Assembly: GCA_036566925.1 (NCBI GenBank) | Contig: DATCVI010000061.1 | Span: forward strand, 19,338 to 83,337 | Length of the DNA: 64,000 nt | Source of the DNA: Stenotrophomonas sp. | GTDB lineage: Bacteria; Pseudomonadota; Gammaproteobacteria; Xanthomonadales; Xanthomonadaceae | Direction of reading: 5' to 3' | Shown: positions 41,697 through 54,697 of the stretch, piece by piece | Numbering within the stretch: position 1 is the stretch's first letter | How the letters are laid out: every line of letters begins with the position of its first letter | The notes under the pieces: generated by a model | Seen by the model: the letters and a program-made list of their open reading frames with translations, nothing else | What the model was told of the DNA's origin: nothing | Database searches by the model: none | Made by a program: the position numbers and the translations under genes

Positions 41697-42899
41697 ATGG
41701 ACAAACCCTTCGCCATTTCCCGCCGCGCCCAGGCGCTGACCAGCTCGGCCATCCGCGAGATCCTCAAGGTCACCGAACGACCGGAGGTCATTTCTTTTGC
41801 AGGCGGGCTCCCGTCGCCGGCCACCTTTCCGGTCGAACGCATACGCCAGGCCAGCGAGCGCGTGTTGCAGGAGTCACCGCAGGCGGCGCTGCAATACGGG
41901 CCAACCGAGGGCTACCTGCCGTTGCGCGAGTGGGTGGCGGCGCACGTGAGCCGCCCGGGCGCACGCATCGATCCGGCGCAAGTACTGATCACCACCGGCT
42001 CGCAGCAGGCACTGGACCTGGTGGCCAAGGTGTTCATCGACGAGGGCAGCAAGGTGCTGGTGGAGACGCCGAGCTACCTTGGCGCCTTGCAGGCCTTCTC
42101 GTTGTTCGCGCCGGCGTTCTCGCCGCTGCCTTCTGACGAGGCCGGGATTGCGGTCGAGATGCTGGACCCGGCGCAGCTGCACGGCGCGCGCTTCCTCTAT
42201 TGCCTGCCGAACTTCCAGAACCCGACCGGGCGGCGGCTGCCGCTGGCGCGCCGGCAGGCGCTGGTGGCGATGGCAGCGGCCGCCGGGGTGCCGATCGTCG
42301 AGGACGATCCCTACGGCGAGCTCGGCTATGCCGGTGAGCCGTTGCCGAGCCTGCTGTCGATGAATCCGGCAGGTGTGGTGTACCTGGGCTCGTTTTCCAA
42401 GGTGCTCTCGCCCGGGTTGCGGCTCGGTTACGTGGTCGCACCGGTGGCGCTGCACGCCAAGCTGGTGCAGGCCAAGCAGGCCGCGGACCTGCACACGCCT
42501 TCGTTCAACCAGCGCATCGTCCACGAAGTGCTGCGCGATGGTTTCCTCGCCGAGCACGTACCGCTGATTCGCGAACGCTATGCCAGGCAGTGCGCGCTCA
42601 TGCTTGACGCCATGGCGCGTCACTTCCCGAGCCAGGTGCGCTGGAACCAGCCCGAAGGCGGGATGTTCCTGTGGGTGACCCTGCCCACGGGTATCGATAG
42701 CCAGGCCCTGCTGCAGGCGGCCATCGCCCGCAACGTGGCGTTCGTGCCCGGGGCCCCGTTCTTCGCCGCCGAACCACAGCACAACACGCTGCGGCTTTCT
42801 TTCGTGACAGTCTCGCCCGAGCAGATCGAACGCGGCATCGGCGTGCTCGGGCAATTGCTGCACGAATCGGTGCGATCCCTCGCCGGGCAGGCCGCATAA
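41697..42899 (+). CDS. PLP-dependent aminotransferase (class I/II fold, 2-aminoadipate/aromatic type)
   Basis: LTSSAIREILKV...ISFAGGLP, NFQNPTG, and SFSKVLSPGLRLGY (PLP lysine). Confidence 0.9.
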   Translation: MDKPFAISRRAQALTSSAIREILKVTERPEVISFAGGLPSPATFPVERIRQASERVLQESPQAALQYGPTEGYLPLREWVAAHVSRPGARIDPAQVLITTGSQQALDLVAKVFIDEGSKVLVETPSYLGALQAFSLFAPAFSPLPSDEAGIAVEMLDPAQLHGARFLYCLPNFQNPTGRRLPLARRQALVAMAAAAGVPIVEDDPYGELGYAGEPLPSLLSMNPAGVVYLGSFSKVLSPGLRLGYVVAPVALHAKLVQAKQAADLHTPSFNQRIVHEVLRDGFLAEHVPLIRERYARQCALMLDAMARHFPSQVRWNQPEGGMFLWVTLPTGIDSQALLQAAIARNVAFVPGAPFFAAEPQHNTLRLSFVTVSPEQIERGIGVLGQLLHESVRSLAGQAA

Positions 42900-42930
42900 T
42901 CGGCGCCAGGACGTCGTGGCGGGGTAGCGC

Positions 42931-43614
42931 ATGCAGGTACGGATCGAACAGGTGCGGATGGGCAAGGCGGTGGACTACACCCGGCTGGGCAGCCGCAGCG
43001 CCATCGACAAGCGCCTGCATTACGGCCCGGTGGAAGTCGGCGAACTAGGGTTGGTCGGAGACGAGCAGGGCGACCACCGCGTGCACGGCGGGCCGGACAA
43101 GGCGGTGCACCACTATCCGCACGACCATTACCCCGCCTGGGCGCAGGATCTGGGTGCGCATCCGTTGCTGGAAGCCGGCGGCGCGTTCGGCGAGAACCTG
43201 TCCAGTACCGGCATGACCGAAGCCGATGTCTGCCTGGGCGACCGTTTCAGCCTGGGCACGGCGGTTGTCGAGGTCTCGCAGCTGCGGCAACCGTGCTGGA
43301 AGCTCTCCGATCGCTTCGGCGTGGCCGACATGGCCCGGCGCGTGCAGGAAAGCGGCCGTACCGGTTGGTACTACCGCGTGCTGGTGCCGGGGCGGCTGAC
43401 CGCCGGCGATCTGCTCACCCTGCAGGAGCGACCGCACCCGCAATGGCCGTTGTCGCGGCTGGCAGAGCTGCTGTACCGGCGCGGGGTCGAACCGGCGCTG
43501 CTGGCGGAAGTGCTGCGGCTGCCGCTGGTGCCGTCGTGGCGCACGCTGTTCGAACGGCGCCTGGCGCATGGCCAGGTCGAGAACTGGGACAAGCGGCTGC
43601 ACGGCGCGAGTTGA
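42931..43614 (+). CDS. MOSC domain-containing protein (YiiM-like)
   Basis: GLVGDEQGDHRVHGGPDKAVHHYP...GENL...QLRQPCWKL is the typical MOSC core. Confidence 0.88.
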   Translation: MQVRIEQVRMGKAVDYTRLGSRSAIDKRLHYGPVEVGELGLVGDEQGDHRVHGGPDKAVHHYPHDHYPAWAQDLGAHPLLEAGGAFGENLSSTGMTEADVCLGDRFSLGTAVVEVSQLRQPCWKLSDRFGVADMARRVQESGRTGWYYRVLVPGRLTAGDLLTLQERPHPQWPLSRLAELLYRRGVEPALLAEVLRLPLVPSWRTLFERRLAHGQVENWDKRLHGAS

Positions 43615-43666
43615 TCGCCGGCACAAAGTCCTTTTCAGCGTCTGCCGCAGCCGCTAGCCTGCGCCC

Positions 43667-44389
43667 ATGAATACGCCGACCGCTCCGTTGAAACTGTTGA
43701 TCCATGGCGCCTCTGGAAGGATGGGCCAGGCCTTGCTGCGCCTGGCCGGCGAAGACCCGGCGCTGCAGGTGGTCGCCGCCGTGGTCGGCCGCTCGCCTTC
43801 GCAGCGAGTGGTGGAGGGCGTGCCGCACTTTGCCGCCAGCGAATTGGCCGGCGTGCCGGTCTTCGATGTGGCGATCGACTTCAGCCTGCCGCAGGGCTTC
43901 TCGCCGTTGCTGGCATTGTGCGAGCAGCGCGGCGCGGCGCTGGTCTCGGGCACCACCGGCCTGGCGCCCGAACAGAAGGCGGCGCTGGCGCAGGCGGCGA
44001 CCCGCATTGCCCTGGTGTGGGCGTCCAATTTCAGTCTCGGCGTCGCGGTGTTGGCCGACCTGGTCGAGCGCGCCGCCGGCACCTTGCCGGGTTGGGATTG
44101 CGACATCGTCGAGTCGCACCACATCCACAAGCAGGACGCACCCTCGGGGACGGCATTGACGCTGGGCGAGGCGGCCACCGGCAGTGGCGCGCAGCCGCGC
44201 TTTGCCAGCCTGCGCGCCGGCGACATCGTCGGCGAGCACCTGGTGCAGTTCACCGGGCTGGGCGAGCGCATCGAGCTGGTGCATCGCGCCACCAACCGCG
44301 ACATCTTTGCTCGCGGCGCCCTGCACGCCGCCAAGCGCATGCTCGGGCGCACGCCTGGCCTGTATCGCGTGCGCGACCTGCTGGGCTGA
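43667..44389 (+). CDS. dapB: 4-hydroxy-tetrahydrodipicolinate reductase
   Basis: LLIHGASGRMGQAL, SNFSLGV and ESHHIHKQDAPSGTAL. Confidence 0.95.
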   Translation: MNTPTAPLKLLIHGASGRMGQALLRLAGEDPALQVVAAVVGRSPSQRVVEGVPHFAASELAGVPVFDVAIDFSLPQGFSPLLALCEQRGAALVSGTTGLAPEQKAALAQAATRIALVWASNFSLGVAVLADLVERAAGTLPGWDCDIVESHHIHKQDAPSGTALTLGEAATGSGAQPRFASLRAGDIVGEHLVQFTGLGERIELVHRATNRDIFARGALHAAKRMLGRTPGLYRVRDLLG

Positions 44390-44606
44390 ACAAAGGCCGC
44401 GTCCGTGTTCAGCCAGCGCGCATGCGCAGTAGTAATGGCATAGCGGCATTCCGTATTCACACTGGCAGGGCGGGGCGCATGTCGCTACAATTCCCGCTTG
44501 CCCGAACCTAGCGTCGGACCGGTCCCCAGCACCGCGTCCGCGCTTTGCTGCAACCGGATTTTGGCCGGTGCATGTCGGAGTCCCCCGCAGCCATAGCGAG
44601 ATTCCC

Positions 44607-45734
44607 GTGACCCAACCCGCAATCCTTGTCCTCGAAGACGGCACCGTGTTCGAGGGGCAATCCGTAGGCGCCCCCGGGCTATCGGTCGGCGAGGTGGTGT
44701 TCAACACCGCCATGACCGGCTACCAGGAAGTGGTGACCGATCCTTCCTACGCCCGCCAGCTGGTCACGCTGACCTACCCGCATATCGGCAACACCGGTTG
44801 CACCGACCAGGACGACGAGGCCAAGAAGGTCTGGTCGGCCGGCTTGATCGTGCGCGATGTGCCGCGCCGCCCCAGCAGCTGGCGCAGCCAGGTGTCGTTG
44901 CCGGAATGGCTGCAGGCGCGCAGCGTGGTCGCCATCGCCGGGATCGACACCCGCAAGCTGACCCGCATCCTGCGTGAGAAGGGCGCCCAGAACGGTGCGC
45001 TGATGGCCGGTGAAGTCAACGTCGAGCAGGCGCTGGAAGCGGCGCGCAAGTTCCCCGGCCTGAAGGGCATGGACCTGGCCAAGGTCGTCAGCACCGACAA
45101 GTCCTACGCCTGGCGCGAAGGCCAGCTCGACCTGGACAGCAACCAGTTCGTCAGCGCCGCGCCCAAGTACAAGGTCGTCGCCTACGACTACGGCGTGAAG
45201 CTCAACATCCTGCGCATGCTCGCCGAGCGCGGCTGCGAGGTGACGGTGGTGCCGGCACAGACGCCGGCCGCCGAAGTGCTCGCAATGAGGCCCGATGGCG
45301 TGTTCCTGAGCAACGGCCCGGGCGATCCGGAACCGTGCGACTACGCCATCGCCGCGATCCAGGAATTCGTCGCCCGCAAGATCCCCACCTTCGGCATCTG
45401 CCTCGGCCACCAGCTGCTGGCGCTGGCCGCCGGCGCGAGGACCGTGAAGATGGCGCTCGGCCACCATGGCGCGAACCATCCGGTGCAGGACCTGGACGAT
45501 GGCCGGGTGATGATCACCTCGCAAAACCACGGCTTCGCGGTCGATGAGACCACGCTGCCGTCCAACGTGCGCGTGACCCACCGCTCGCTGTTCGACGGCA
45601 CCAACCAGGGCATTGCCCTGACCGACGCGCCGGCCTTCAGCTTCCAGGGACATCCGGAAGCCTCGCCGGGACCGCGCGACGTGGCGCCGCTGTTTGATCG
45701 CTTCACCGCGCTGATGGCGGGGCAGAAGGCGTGA
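44607..45734 (+). CDS. carA: carbamoyl-phosphate synthase small (glutaminase) subunit
   Basis: GTG 44607 gives [26 protein letters not shown] and HGANHPV are present. Confidence 0.95.
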   Translation: MTQPAILVLEDGTVFEGQSVGAPGLSVGEVVFNTAMTGYQEVVTDPSYARQLVTLTYPHIGNTGCTDQDDEAKKVWSAGLIVRDVPRRPSSWRSQVSLPEWLQARSVVAIAGIDTRKLTRILREKGAQNGALMAGEVNVEQALEAARKFPGLKGMDLAKVVSTDKSYAWREGQLDLDSNQFVSAAPKYKVVAYDYGVKLNILRMLAERGCEVTVVPAQTPAAEVLAMRPDGVFLSNGPGDPEPCDYAIAAIQEFVARKIPTFGICLGHQLLALAAGARTVKMALGHHGANHPVQDLDDGRVMITSQNHGFAVDETTLPSNVRVTHRSLFDGTNQGIALTDAPAFSFQGHPEASPGPRDVAPLFDRFTALMAGQKA

Positions 45735-45857
45735 TCCCGGGCCGGCACGCGCACCGCGCCTGCCGCCCGCGATCCGCCCAGCACTGTCCGCTGCTCCCCA
45801 CCGATCCATCCTGACAGGCGGCCGCCGCCCCGCGACCGCCCAGATCTCGAGAAGAAA

Positions 45858-49096
<3,239 letters not shown>

Positions 49097-49100
<4 letters not shown>

Positions 49101-49573
49101 GGGCCCCCATCACCGCCAAGGGCGCGCAGCGCCTGCGTGAAGAGCTGGACCACCTGAAGAGCGTGAAGCGGCCGAAGGTGATCACCGCCATCGCCGAAGC
49201 CCGCGAACACGGCGATCTCAAGGAGAACGCCGAGTACCACGCCGCGCGCGAGGAGCAGGGCTTCATCGAAGGCCGCATCAAGCAGCTGGAGAGCGAGCTG
49301 TCGCATGCCGAAGTCATCGACATCACCAAGCTCGCCGCCGGCAACAAGATCGTCTTCGGTGCCACGGTGACGCTGGCCGATGTCGAGACCGACGAGGAGA
49401 AGCGCTACCAGATCGTCGGCGACCTCGAGGCGGACATCAAGCAAGGCCTGATCGCGATTTCCTCGCCACTGGCGCGAGCGTTGATCGGCAAGCTGGAAGG
49501 CGACAGCGTCACCATCGATGCACCCGCCGGCCAGCGCGAGTACGAAGTGGTCAGCGTCGCCTACGTCGGCTGA
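49097..49573 (+). CDS. greA: transcription elongation factor GreA
   Basis: ATGA overlap with the carB stop. [21 protein letters not shown]...[20 protein letters not shown]. Confidence 0.95.
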
Positions 49574-49577
49574 GCCA

Positions 49578-50498
49578 GTGGCCACGGCGACTTTGTTGTT
49601 GCCGGCGCGCGCGCGCCTGCCGGGCGCGTTGCCGGCCGATGCGGTCGCCCATGCCCTGACCCGTGCCGACCGCGCCCAAGGCGCCGCCGGAGAGCGGGCC
49701 CAGTTGCAACGCCATTTCACCCTGGACGCCGAGCCCTGGCCGGTCGCCGCGCTCACCCGCCAACTCGATGCCGGCGACGCCGCCGGTGCCAGCTGGGTGC
49801 GCGCCGATCCGGCCTTCGTGGTGCCGGACATGCATGGCGCGCGGATGATGGCCTACGGCGAAGCGCTTGCGCTGGAGGCCGACGACCTGGCCGCGCTGCT
49901 GCCCGACCTGCGCCCGTTGTTTGCCGATGCCGGCTTCGTGCTCGATGCACCGGATCCGTCGCGTTGGTATGTGCGGCTTTCGCCAGAGGCACAGCTGCCT
50001 GAATTCGCCGAGCCGGAGTCCGCGCTCGGCGATGACTTGTTCGCGCACCTGCCGCCCGGCGAGGCCGGCCGCCGCTGGCGCGCCTTGTTGACCGAATCGC
50101 AGGTGCTGTTGCACCAGCATCCGTGGAACCGCCAGCGTGCCGCGCGCGGCAAGGCGCCGGTCAACTCGTTGTGGTTCTGGGGCGGTGGCCGCCTGGATAG
50201 CACGGTGGTTTCGCCACACGCCCAGGTGCGCAGCCGCGATGCGTTGTTGCGGGCCCTGGCCAAGGCCGCCGGCGTATCGGCCGACGTGGGCGCCAAGGTA
50301 GACGCGCTGGTCGACCTGCGCCACCTGCGCTCGTTGCAGCAATTCGGCGAGGATGCGGTGCAGCCGCTGCTGCTGGCGATGGCGCGCGGGGAGCTCGACC
50401 GATTGATTCTCGACTTCCAGGACGGCGAGATCCTGACGCTGGCGCACGCGCAGCGCTGGCGCTTCTGGCGGCGTCCCGCGGCGACTTTGGAAGGATGA
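49578..50498 (+). CDS. conserved hypothetical protein in the greA-recJ interval (the position occupied by rpfE in Xanthomonas, from memory)
   Basis: GTG 49578 lies 5 nt after the greA stop, and the stop overlaps the recJ ATG (ATGA). The sequence is coding-like. The identity is inferred only from synteny I recall. Confidence 0.6.
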   Translation: MATATLLLPARARLPGALPADAVAHALTRADRAQGAAGERAQLQRHFTLDAEPWPVAALTRQLDAGDAAGASWVRADPAFVVPDMHGARMMAYGEALALEADDLAALLPDLRPLFADAGFVLDAPDPSRWYVRLSPEAQLPEFAEPESALGDDLFAHLPPGEAGRRWRALLTESQVLLHQHPWNRQRAARGKAPVNSLWFWGGGRLDSTVVSPHAQVRSRDALLRALAKAAGVSADVGAKVDALVDLRHLRSLQQFGEDAVQPLLLAMARGELDRLILDFQDGEILTLAHAQRWRFWRRPAATLEG

Positions 50499-52225
50499 AG
50501 TCCGCCGCGCGAATCGTGCGCCGCGAGCCAGGGGCCGGTGGTGAATGGCCGGCAGATGTTCTGCCGCTATTGCAGCGGCTATATGCCGCCCGCGGCGCCC
50601 GCGATAGTGCCGCGGCCCAGCCCCGGCTGGCGGGTCTGCTGCCGCCGTCTGAACTGTCCAATATCGACACGGCGGCGCGGATGCTGGCCGACGCGATCGC
50701 CGCGCGGCAACGCATCCTGGTCGTCGGCGATTTCGACTGCGATGGCGCCACCGCCTGCGCGGTGGGCGTGCGCGGCCTGCGCATGCTCGGCGCCCGCGAT
50801 GTGCTGCATGCGGTGCCCAATCGCATGGTCCACGGCTATGGGCTATCGCCGGCGCTGGTCGCCGAGCTGGTGCCGCTGCGTCCGGACATCCTGGTCACCG
50901 TCGACCATGGCATCGCTTGCCACGCCGGCGTGGCAGCGGCGCGGGCGCAGGGTTGGACAGTGCTGGTCACCGATCATCATCTGCCCGGCGAGCGCTTGCC
51001 GCCGGCCGATGCCATCGTCAATCCGAACCTGCCGGGCGATGGATTTGCCAGCAAGACCCTGGCCGGCGTCGGCGTGATTTTCTACGTGCTGCTGGCGGTG
51101 CGCGCCGAATTGCGCGCCCGCGGGATGCTCGCCGAAGGCGGACCGGATCTATCTGTCTTGCTCGACCTGGTCGCGGTGGGCACCGTGGCCGACCTGGTGC
51201 CGTTGGACGTCAACAATCGCGCGTTGGTCTCTGCCGGTTTGCGCCGTTTGCGCCAGGGCCGCGGCTGCATTGGCTTGCAGGCGTTGATCGAGGTCAGCGG
51301 CCGCGATGCCGCGAGCCTGACCGCCAGCGATATCGGCTACGCGCTGGCGCCGCGGCTGAACGCCGCCGGCCGGCTGGAGGACATGGCACTGGGAATCGAG
51401 TTGCTGTTGTGCGAACAGCCGCAGCGCGCCGGCGAGATTGCGCAATCGCTCGAGTCGATCAATGCCGAGCGGCGCGCCGTGCAGCAAGTCATGACCGAGG
51501 AGGCGGAGGCCGCCGTGGCGCGTGCATTGCTGCTTGCTGACAGTCAGGCACCGCTGGCGCGCTGCCTGTTCGACCCGCAATGGCATCCGGGCGTCATCGG
51601 CCTGGTGGCTTCGCGGATGAAGGATCGCCTGCATCGGCCAGTAGTCGCATTCGCACCGGCCGAGCCGGACGCGACGGTGCTGCGCGGCTCGGCCCGCTCG
51701 ATCGCCGGGCTGCATATTCGCGACGTGCTGGCTGCGGTCGATGCGCGCCATCCGGAATTGATCGAGCGCTTCGGCGGCCATGCCATGGCGGCGGGGCTGA
51801 CCCTCGAACGCGCCGCGCTGCCCGCGTTCGAGCAGGCGTTGCTGGAGGAGGTTGCGCGCCAAGTCGATCCGACGCTTTTGCAGGCCGAACTTCTGAGCGA
51901 TGGCGAGCTGGCGCCGCATGAATTCGACTTTCGCCATGCCCAGGCCCTGAGGATGGCCGGCCCGTGGGGGCAGGGTTTCCCCGAACCCTTGTTCGATGGC
52001 GAGTTCGAAGTCCTGCAATGGCGTCCGCTGAAAGAGCGCCACCTGCGCTACAGCCTGCGTGCGCCCGGCCTGCCGGTGGCGCTCAATGCGATCCATTTCG
52101 ATGGCTGGCGCGGCGAGCCGCCGGCAAACCGCGTGCGCCTGGCGTATCGCCTTGTCTGCGATGACTACCGCGGCGGTGACGCGATCCAGTTGATCGTCGA
52201 GCATTGCGAGTCAGCCACGCGCTGA
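50495..52225 (+). CDS. recJ: single-stranded-DNA-specific exonuclease RecJ
   Basis: DHH motifs are present (VVGDFDCDGAT, VTVDHG, LVTDHH) together with the DHHA1 region (GGHAMAAG). Confidence 0.96.
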   Translation: MKSAARIVRREPGAGGEWPADVLPLLQRLYAARGARDSAAAQPRLAGLLPPSELSNIDTAARMLADAIAARQRILVVGDFDCDGATACAVGVRGLRMLGARDVLHAVPNRMVHGYGLSPALVAELVPLRPDILVTVDHGIACHAGVAAARAQGWTVLVTDHHLPGERLPPADAIVNPNLPGDGFASKTLAGVGVIFYVLLAVRAELRARGMLAEGGPDLSVLLDLVAVGTVADLVPLDVNNRALVSAGLRRLRQGRGCIGLQALIEVSGRDAASLTASDIGYALAPRLNAAGRLEDMALGIELLLCEQPQRAGEIAQSLESINAERRAVQQVMTEEAEAAVARALLLADSQAPLARCLFDPQWHPGVIGLVASRMKDRLHRPVVAFAPAEPDATVLRGSARSIAGLHIRDVLAAVDARHPELIERFGGHAMAAGLTLERAALPAFEQALLEEVARQVDPTLLQAELLSDGELAPHEFDFRHAQALRMAGPWGQGFPEPLFDGEFEVLQWRPLKERHLRYSLRAPGLPVALNAIHFDGWRGEPPANRVRLAYRLVCDDYRGGDAIQLIVEHCESATR

Positions 52226-52240
52226 GTCGCCATCGGTAGC

Positions 52241-52256
52241 ATGCGATGAATCGCAT
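52241..52256. promoter_or_regulatory. 7-2-7' palindrome ATGCGAT-GA-ATCGCAT (site 1), candidate response-regulator operator
   Basis: A perfect inverted heptad pair lying 22 nt upstream of a -10-like TAGATT (52279-52284) and 60 nt upstream of the DUF481 ATG. It is the exact reverse complement of site 3. Confidence 0.5.
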
Positions 52257-52315
52257 ATCGCGGGGTCCTGGCCCTCACTAGATTGCCCGTTCCTCATTTT
52301 CATACGGGTAATCTG

Positions 52316-53092
52316 ATGCATCGCAAACCTGCTGGCACCGTATTAGGGGCCGCCCTGGGCCTGGCCCTGGCTTTCCCGACGCTGGCCCAAACAGCGCCTG
52401 CCCCTACGCCGGAATGGACCGGCAGCGGCGAGTTCGGACTGACCAGCGCCAGCGGCAACACGCGCTCGCAGAACCTCAATGCGCAGCTCAAGGCTGGCTT
52501 GAATGACGGCAACTGGCATCACAACGCGACCGTGTTCTGGCTGCGCAACCGGGGCGAGACCAAGCCGGGCAATGGCGTTACGCCGGGCAACCAGGAAATG
52601 CGCGACACCGCAAACCGCTACGGCCTCGGCCTGTCGTCGGCCTACGACCTGAGCGCGCGCAGCTACCTCGTCGGCGGCGTACGCTACGACCACGACAACT
52701 TCGCTACTTATCTTTGGCGCGGTGTGGCCTCGGTCGGTTACGGCTATCGCTGGTTCGACGATGCACGGATGCGCCTGCTGACCGAGATTGGGCCGGGCTT
52801 CCGCCGCAGCCACGACAAGAAGACCGGCAAGGTCGAGAATGAGGCCATCGGTCGTGGATTCGCCGATTTCAGCTATCGGCTCACCGACAACACCAAGTTG
52901 CTGGATAGCGTCCTGGTTGAATCCGGTCGACTGGGCACCTTCGTGCAAAACGATCTGGGCGTGCAGGTGGCCATGAGTCAGCGCCTGGCGCTGAAGCTTG
53001 GCTACCAGGTGCGCTACAACAGCAAGGTGGACCCGGGTTTCAAGAAGACCGACACCGTCACGATGTTGAATCTCGTGTACGCGGTCGAGTAA
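52316..53092 (+). CDS. DUF481 family outer-membrane beta-barrel protein (YdiY-like)
   Basis: Signal peptide MHRKPAGTVLGAALGLALAFPTLAQT. WTGSGEFGLTSASGNTRSQNLNA, with alternating beta-strand patterns through to the C-terminal LNLVYAVE. Confidence 0.85.
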   Translation: MHRKPAGTVLGAALGLALAFPTLAQTAPAPTPEWTGSGEFGLTSASGNTRSQNLNAQLKAGLNDGNWHHNATVFWLRNRGETKPGNGVTPGNQEMRDTANRYGLGLSSAYDLSARSYLVGGVRYDHDNFATYLWRGVASVGYGYRWFDDARMRLLTEIGPGFRRSHDKKTGKVENEAIGRGFADFSYRLTDNTKLLDSVLVESGRLGTFVQNDLGVQVAMSQRLALKLGYQVRYNSKVDPGFKKTDTVTMLNLVYAVE

Positions 53093-53098
53093 AGACGA

Positions 53099-53128
53099 CG
53101 CCTGCCATCCCGCTCGGGGTGGCAGGCG
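53099..53128. terminator. hairpin between convergent genes (possible bidirectional terminator)
   Basis: CGCCTGCCA (53099-53107) pairs with TGGCAGGCG (53120-53128) around a 12-nt loop. There is no clear U-tract. Confidence 0.4.
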
Positions 53129-53129
53129 C

Positions 53130-53888
53130 TCAGTACCAGGATGTGCTTGCGCTGGCCTGGGGCTCGGCCTCGTTGCCCTCCATCTCATCCAGCCAGCGGG
53201 TCATGACGGCATGGCAGGCGTGACGAAGGCGTTGCATCGACTCGCTGGCCTGCATACGCAACAGCATCGGGTCCACCCACGCGCTGGACGGGGATTGCGT
53301 CAGGTGCTGTAGGCGCGCATTGAGGTAGTCCATGTCCGCTTCAAGGTGGAACTGGAGGCCCAGGATCTGCGGGCCGCGGCGAAAGGCCTGGACCCGGTCG
53401 GCGGCAGTGGACGCCAAACGCTGCATCGTGTGGGGTAGCACGATTTCATCGCGATGCCAGTGCAACACGGGCGTGCTGTGCCTCAAAGGGGCCAGGCAAG
53501 AGCGCCTGCCTGCATCGGAGAGTTCGACGGCAGCGAAGGTGATCTCGGGCCGGGTCATCGGTTGAACACTGCCGCCGAGTGCACAGGCGATGAGTTGCGC
53601 ACCCAAGCCAATGCCCAGCATCGGCAGGCCGAAGTGCGAACGCGCACGCACGAGGTCCAGGATCTCCTGTGAAAAATTCGCCACGGGCGCTTCGTTGGCC
53701 AGGGACATATTGCCAAGCAGCAGCAGGATGTCGACTTCCAGTGGGTCGATCGAGCGGATGCGCTCGGGCACGGCGGCGCAGTAGCGTGTCCGGTAGCCGC
53801 GGCTCTCCAGGATGGGCCGCAGCGTCCCCATGCTGTCGTGCGGGCCGCAGCGAAGCGCCACGGCTGATCTGGGGGGGGGGGACATCAC
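53130..53888 (-). CDS. class I glutamine amidotransferase-like protein lacking the nucleophilic Cys (probable pseudo-enzyme)
   Basis: It aligns along its length with COG0518-type GATases. The nucleophile elbow reads LGIGLGAQL instead of LGICLGAQL (Gly codon GGC at 53607-53609), while GLQFHLE (His/Glu) is retained. Confidence 0.8.
   Translation of the reverse strand: MMSPPPRSAVALRCGPHDSMGTLRPILESRGYRTRYCAAVPERIRSIDPLEVDILLLLGNMSLANEAPVANFSQEILDLVRARSHFGLPMLGIGLGAQLIACALGGSVQPMTRPEITFAAVELSDAGRRSCLAPLRHSTPVLHWHRDEIVLPHTMQRLASTAADRVQAFRRGPQILGLQFHLEADMDYLNARLQHLTQSPSSAWVDPMLLRMQASESMQRLRHACHAVMTRWLDEMEGNEAEPQASASTSWY
53871..53881. repeat. homopolymeric G11 (C11 on the coding strand) tract
   Basis: 11 consecutive G at 53871-53881, encoding S-P-P-P (codons 3-6) of the GATase-like ORF. 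Confidence 0.95.
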
Positions 53889-53979
53889 GACAGACGTCCT
53901 GCGGCGGCGAGTCCATGGCGGTGCACGCAGGCCCTGCGTCGGTTTGCGGGATGCGGGTCAAGCTTTACGCAAATCGCGC

Positions 53980-54564
53980 TCATTTCATCGGCCGGCGGTC
54001 AGACTGCGCGCGGCGATGGGCGTGCGTGCGCGGGGAAAGTCGCAGCGGCAACGGCGGGGCGATCGCCGCAGGCGGGGCCTCGGCGGCGACGGAAAGCGGA
54101 TCGTCCTGGTGCATTTGCAAGCGGAGATAGCCGGCGCGCACCGCCTGGCGTGCCTCGTGCCATTCGACCCGCGAGTGCCGGCGCAAACGCGCGTAACGCG
54201 GCGCCAGCCGCTGCTCGTCCAGTGCCTCCAACAGATAGTCGTGGCACTGCAGGAACAAGCTGATGCCCAGGGTGAATGCCGGTACGTATTCGTCGAACGG
54301 CAGTATGTCGCGATGCCATGTCGCGGTGCGTTGGTAGTGCGCCCGCCAGAAGGCAAGCTCGCCGTCCACGTCCACCACGCTGGGTGACAGCGGCGAGGTG
54401 CCGACAGCCGCCACGGAGTACAGCACCAACTCTGCACACAGCCAATGCGGGCGCCCAGGGTCTGCATCCAGGATGCCGCTGCTCCCTCGATGGTCGCTCG
54501 CTCCCACGCTGCCGGGTCTGGTCGGTGGGGCAGGGCCCAGGGTCATCGGGTATTTGGGAAGCAT
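53980..54564 (-). CDS. hypothetical protein with an aromatic-rich helical C-terminal domain
   Basis: The frame of track ORF 53980..54606 has strong third-position G/C bias and a protein-like core (ELAFWRAHYQRT..PFDEYVPAFTLGISLF...VEWHEARQAVRAGYLRL). The start is uncertain (54564 or 54546). Two other overlapping frames were rejected. Confidence 0.5.
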   Translation of the reverse strand: MLPKYPMTLGPAPPTRPGSVGASDHRGSSGILDADPGRPHWLCAELVLYSVAAVGTSPLSPSVVDVDGELAFWRAHYQRTATWHRDILPFDEYVPAFTLGISLFLQCHDYLLEALDEQRLAPRYARLRRHSRVEWHEARQAVRAGYLRLQMHQDDPLSVAAEAPPAAIAPPLPLRLSPRTHAHRRAQSDRRPMK

Positions 54565-54697
54565 GGCGTGTGTATCGGTCTGACGAAGTGCGTCGATGCA
54601 CGCCAAACTAACTAACAGCTGCTTCCGGTGATATATGATTTTTCGAATGCCGCTGGGCGCAGTCTCCCAGTAGCAGCTGCGGGCCGCGTGGCTATCG

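Noticed and set aside
44390-44606. ARG-box / PyrR-type control elements upstream of carA
   Set aside because: There is a -10-like TACAAT and an ATTCCGTATTCACA stretch, but the match to the ARG-box consensus is weak and unpaired. This is not supportable without comparison.
53812-54601. Alternative frames over the unknown gene (plus strand 53812..54387; minus strand 53985..54467 and 53999..54601)
   Set aside because: Their translations are Arg/Pro/Gly/Ala-rich and lack the third-position G/C pattern of the chosen frame.
54607-54697. AT-rich TGATATATGAT near-palindrome downstream of the kinase, considered as a fourth 7-2-7' site
   Set aside because: It shares only the ATATAT centre with site 2. 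The heptad arms differ (TGAT versus GCGAT), so it was not counted.
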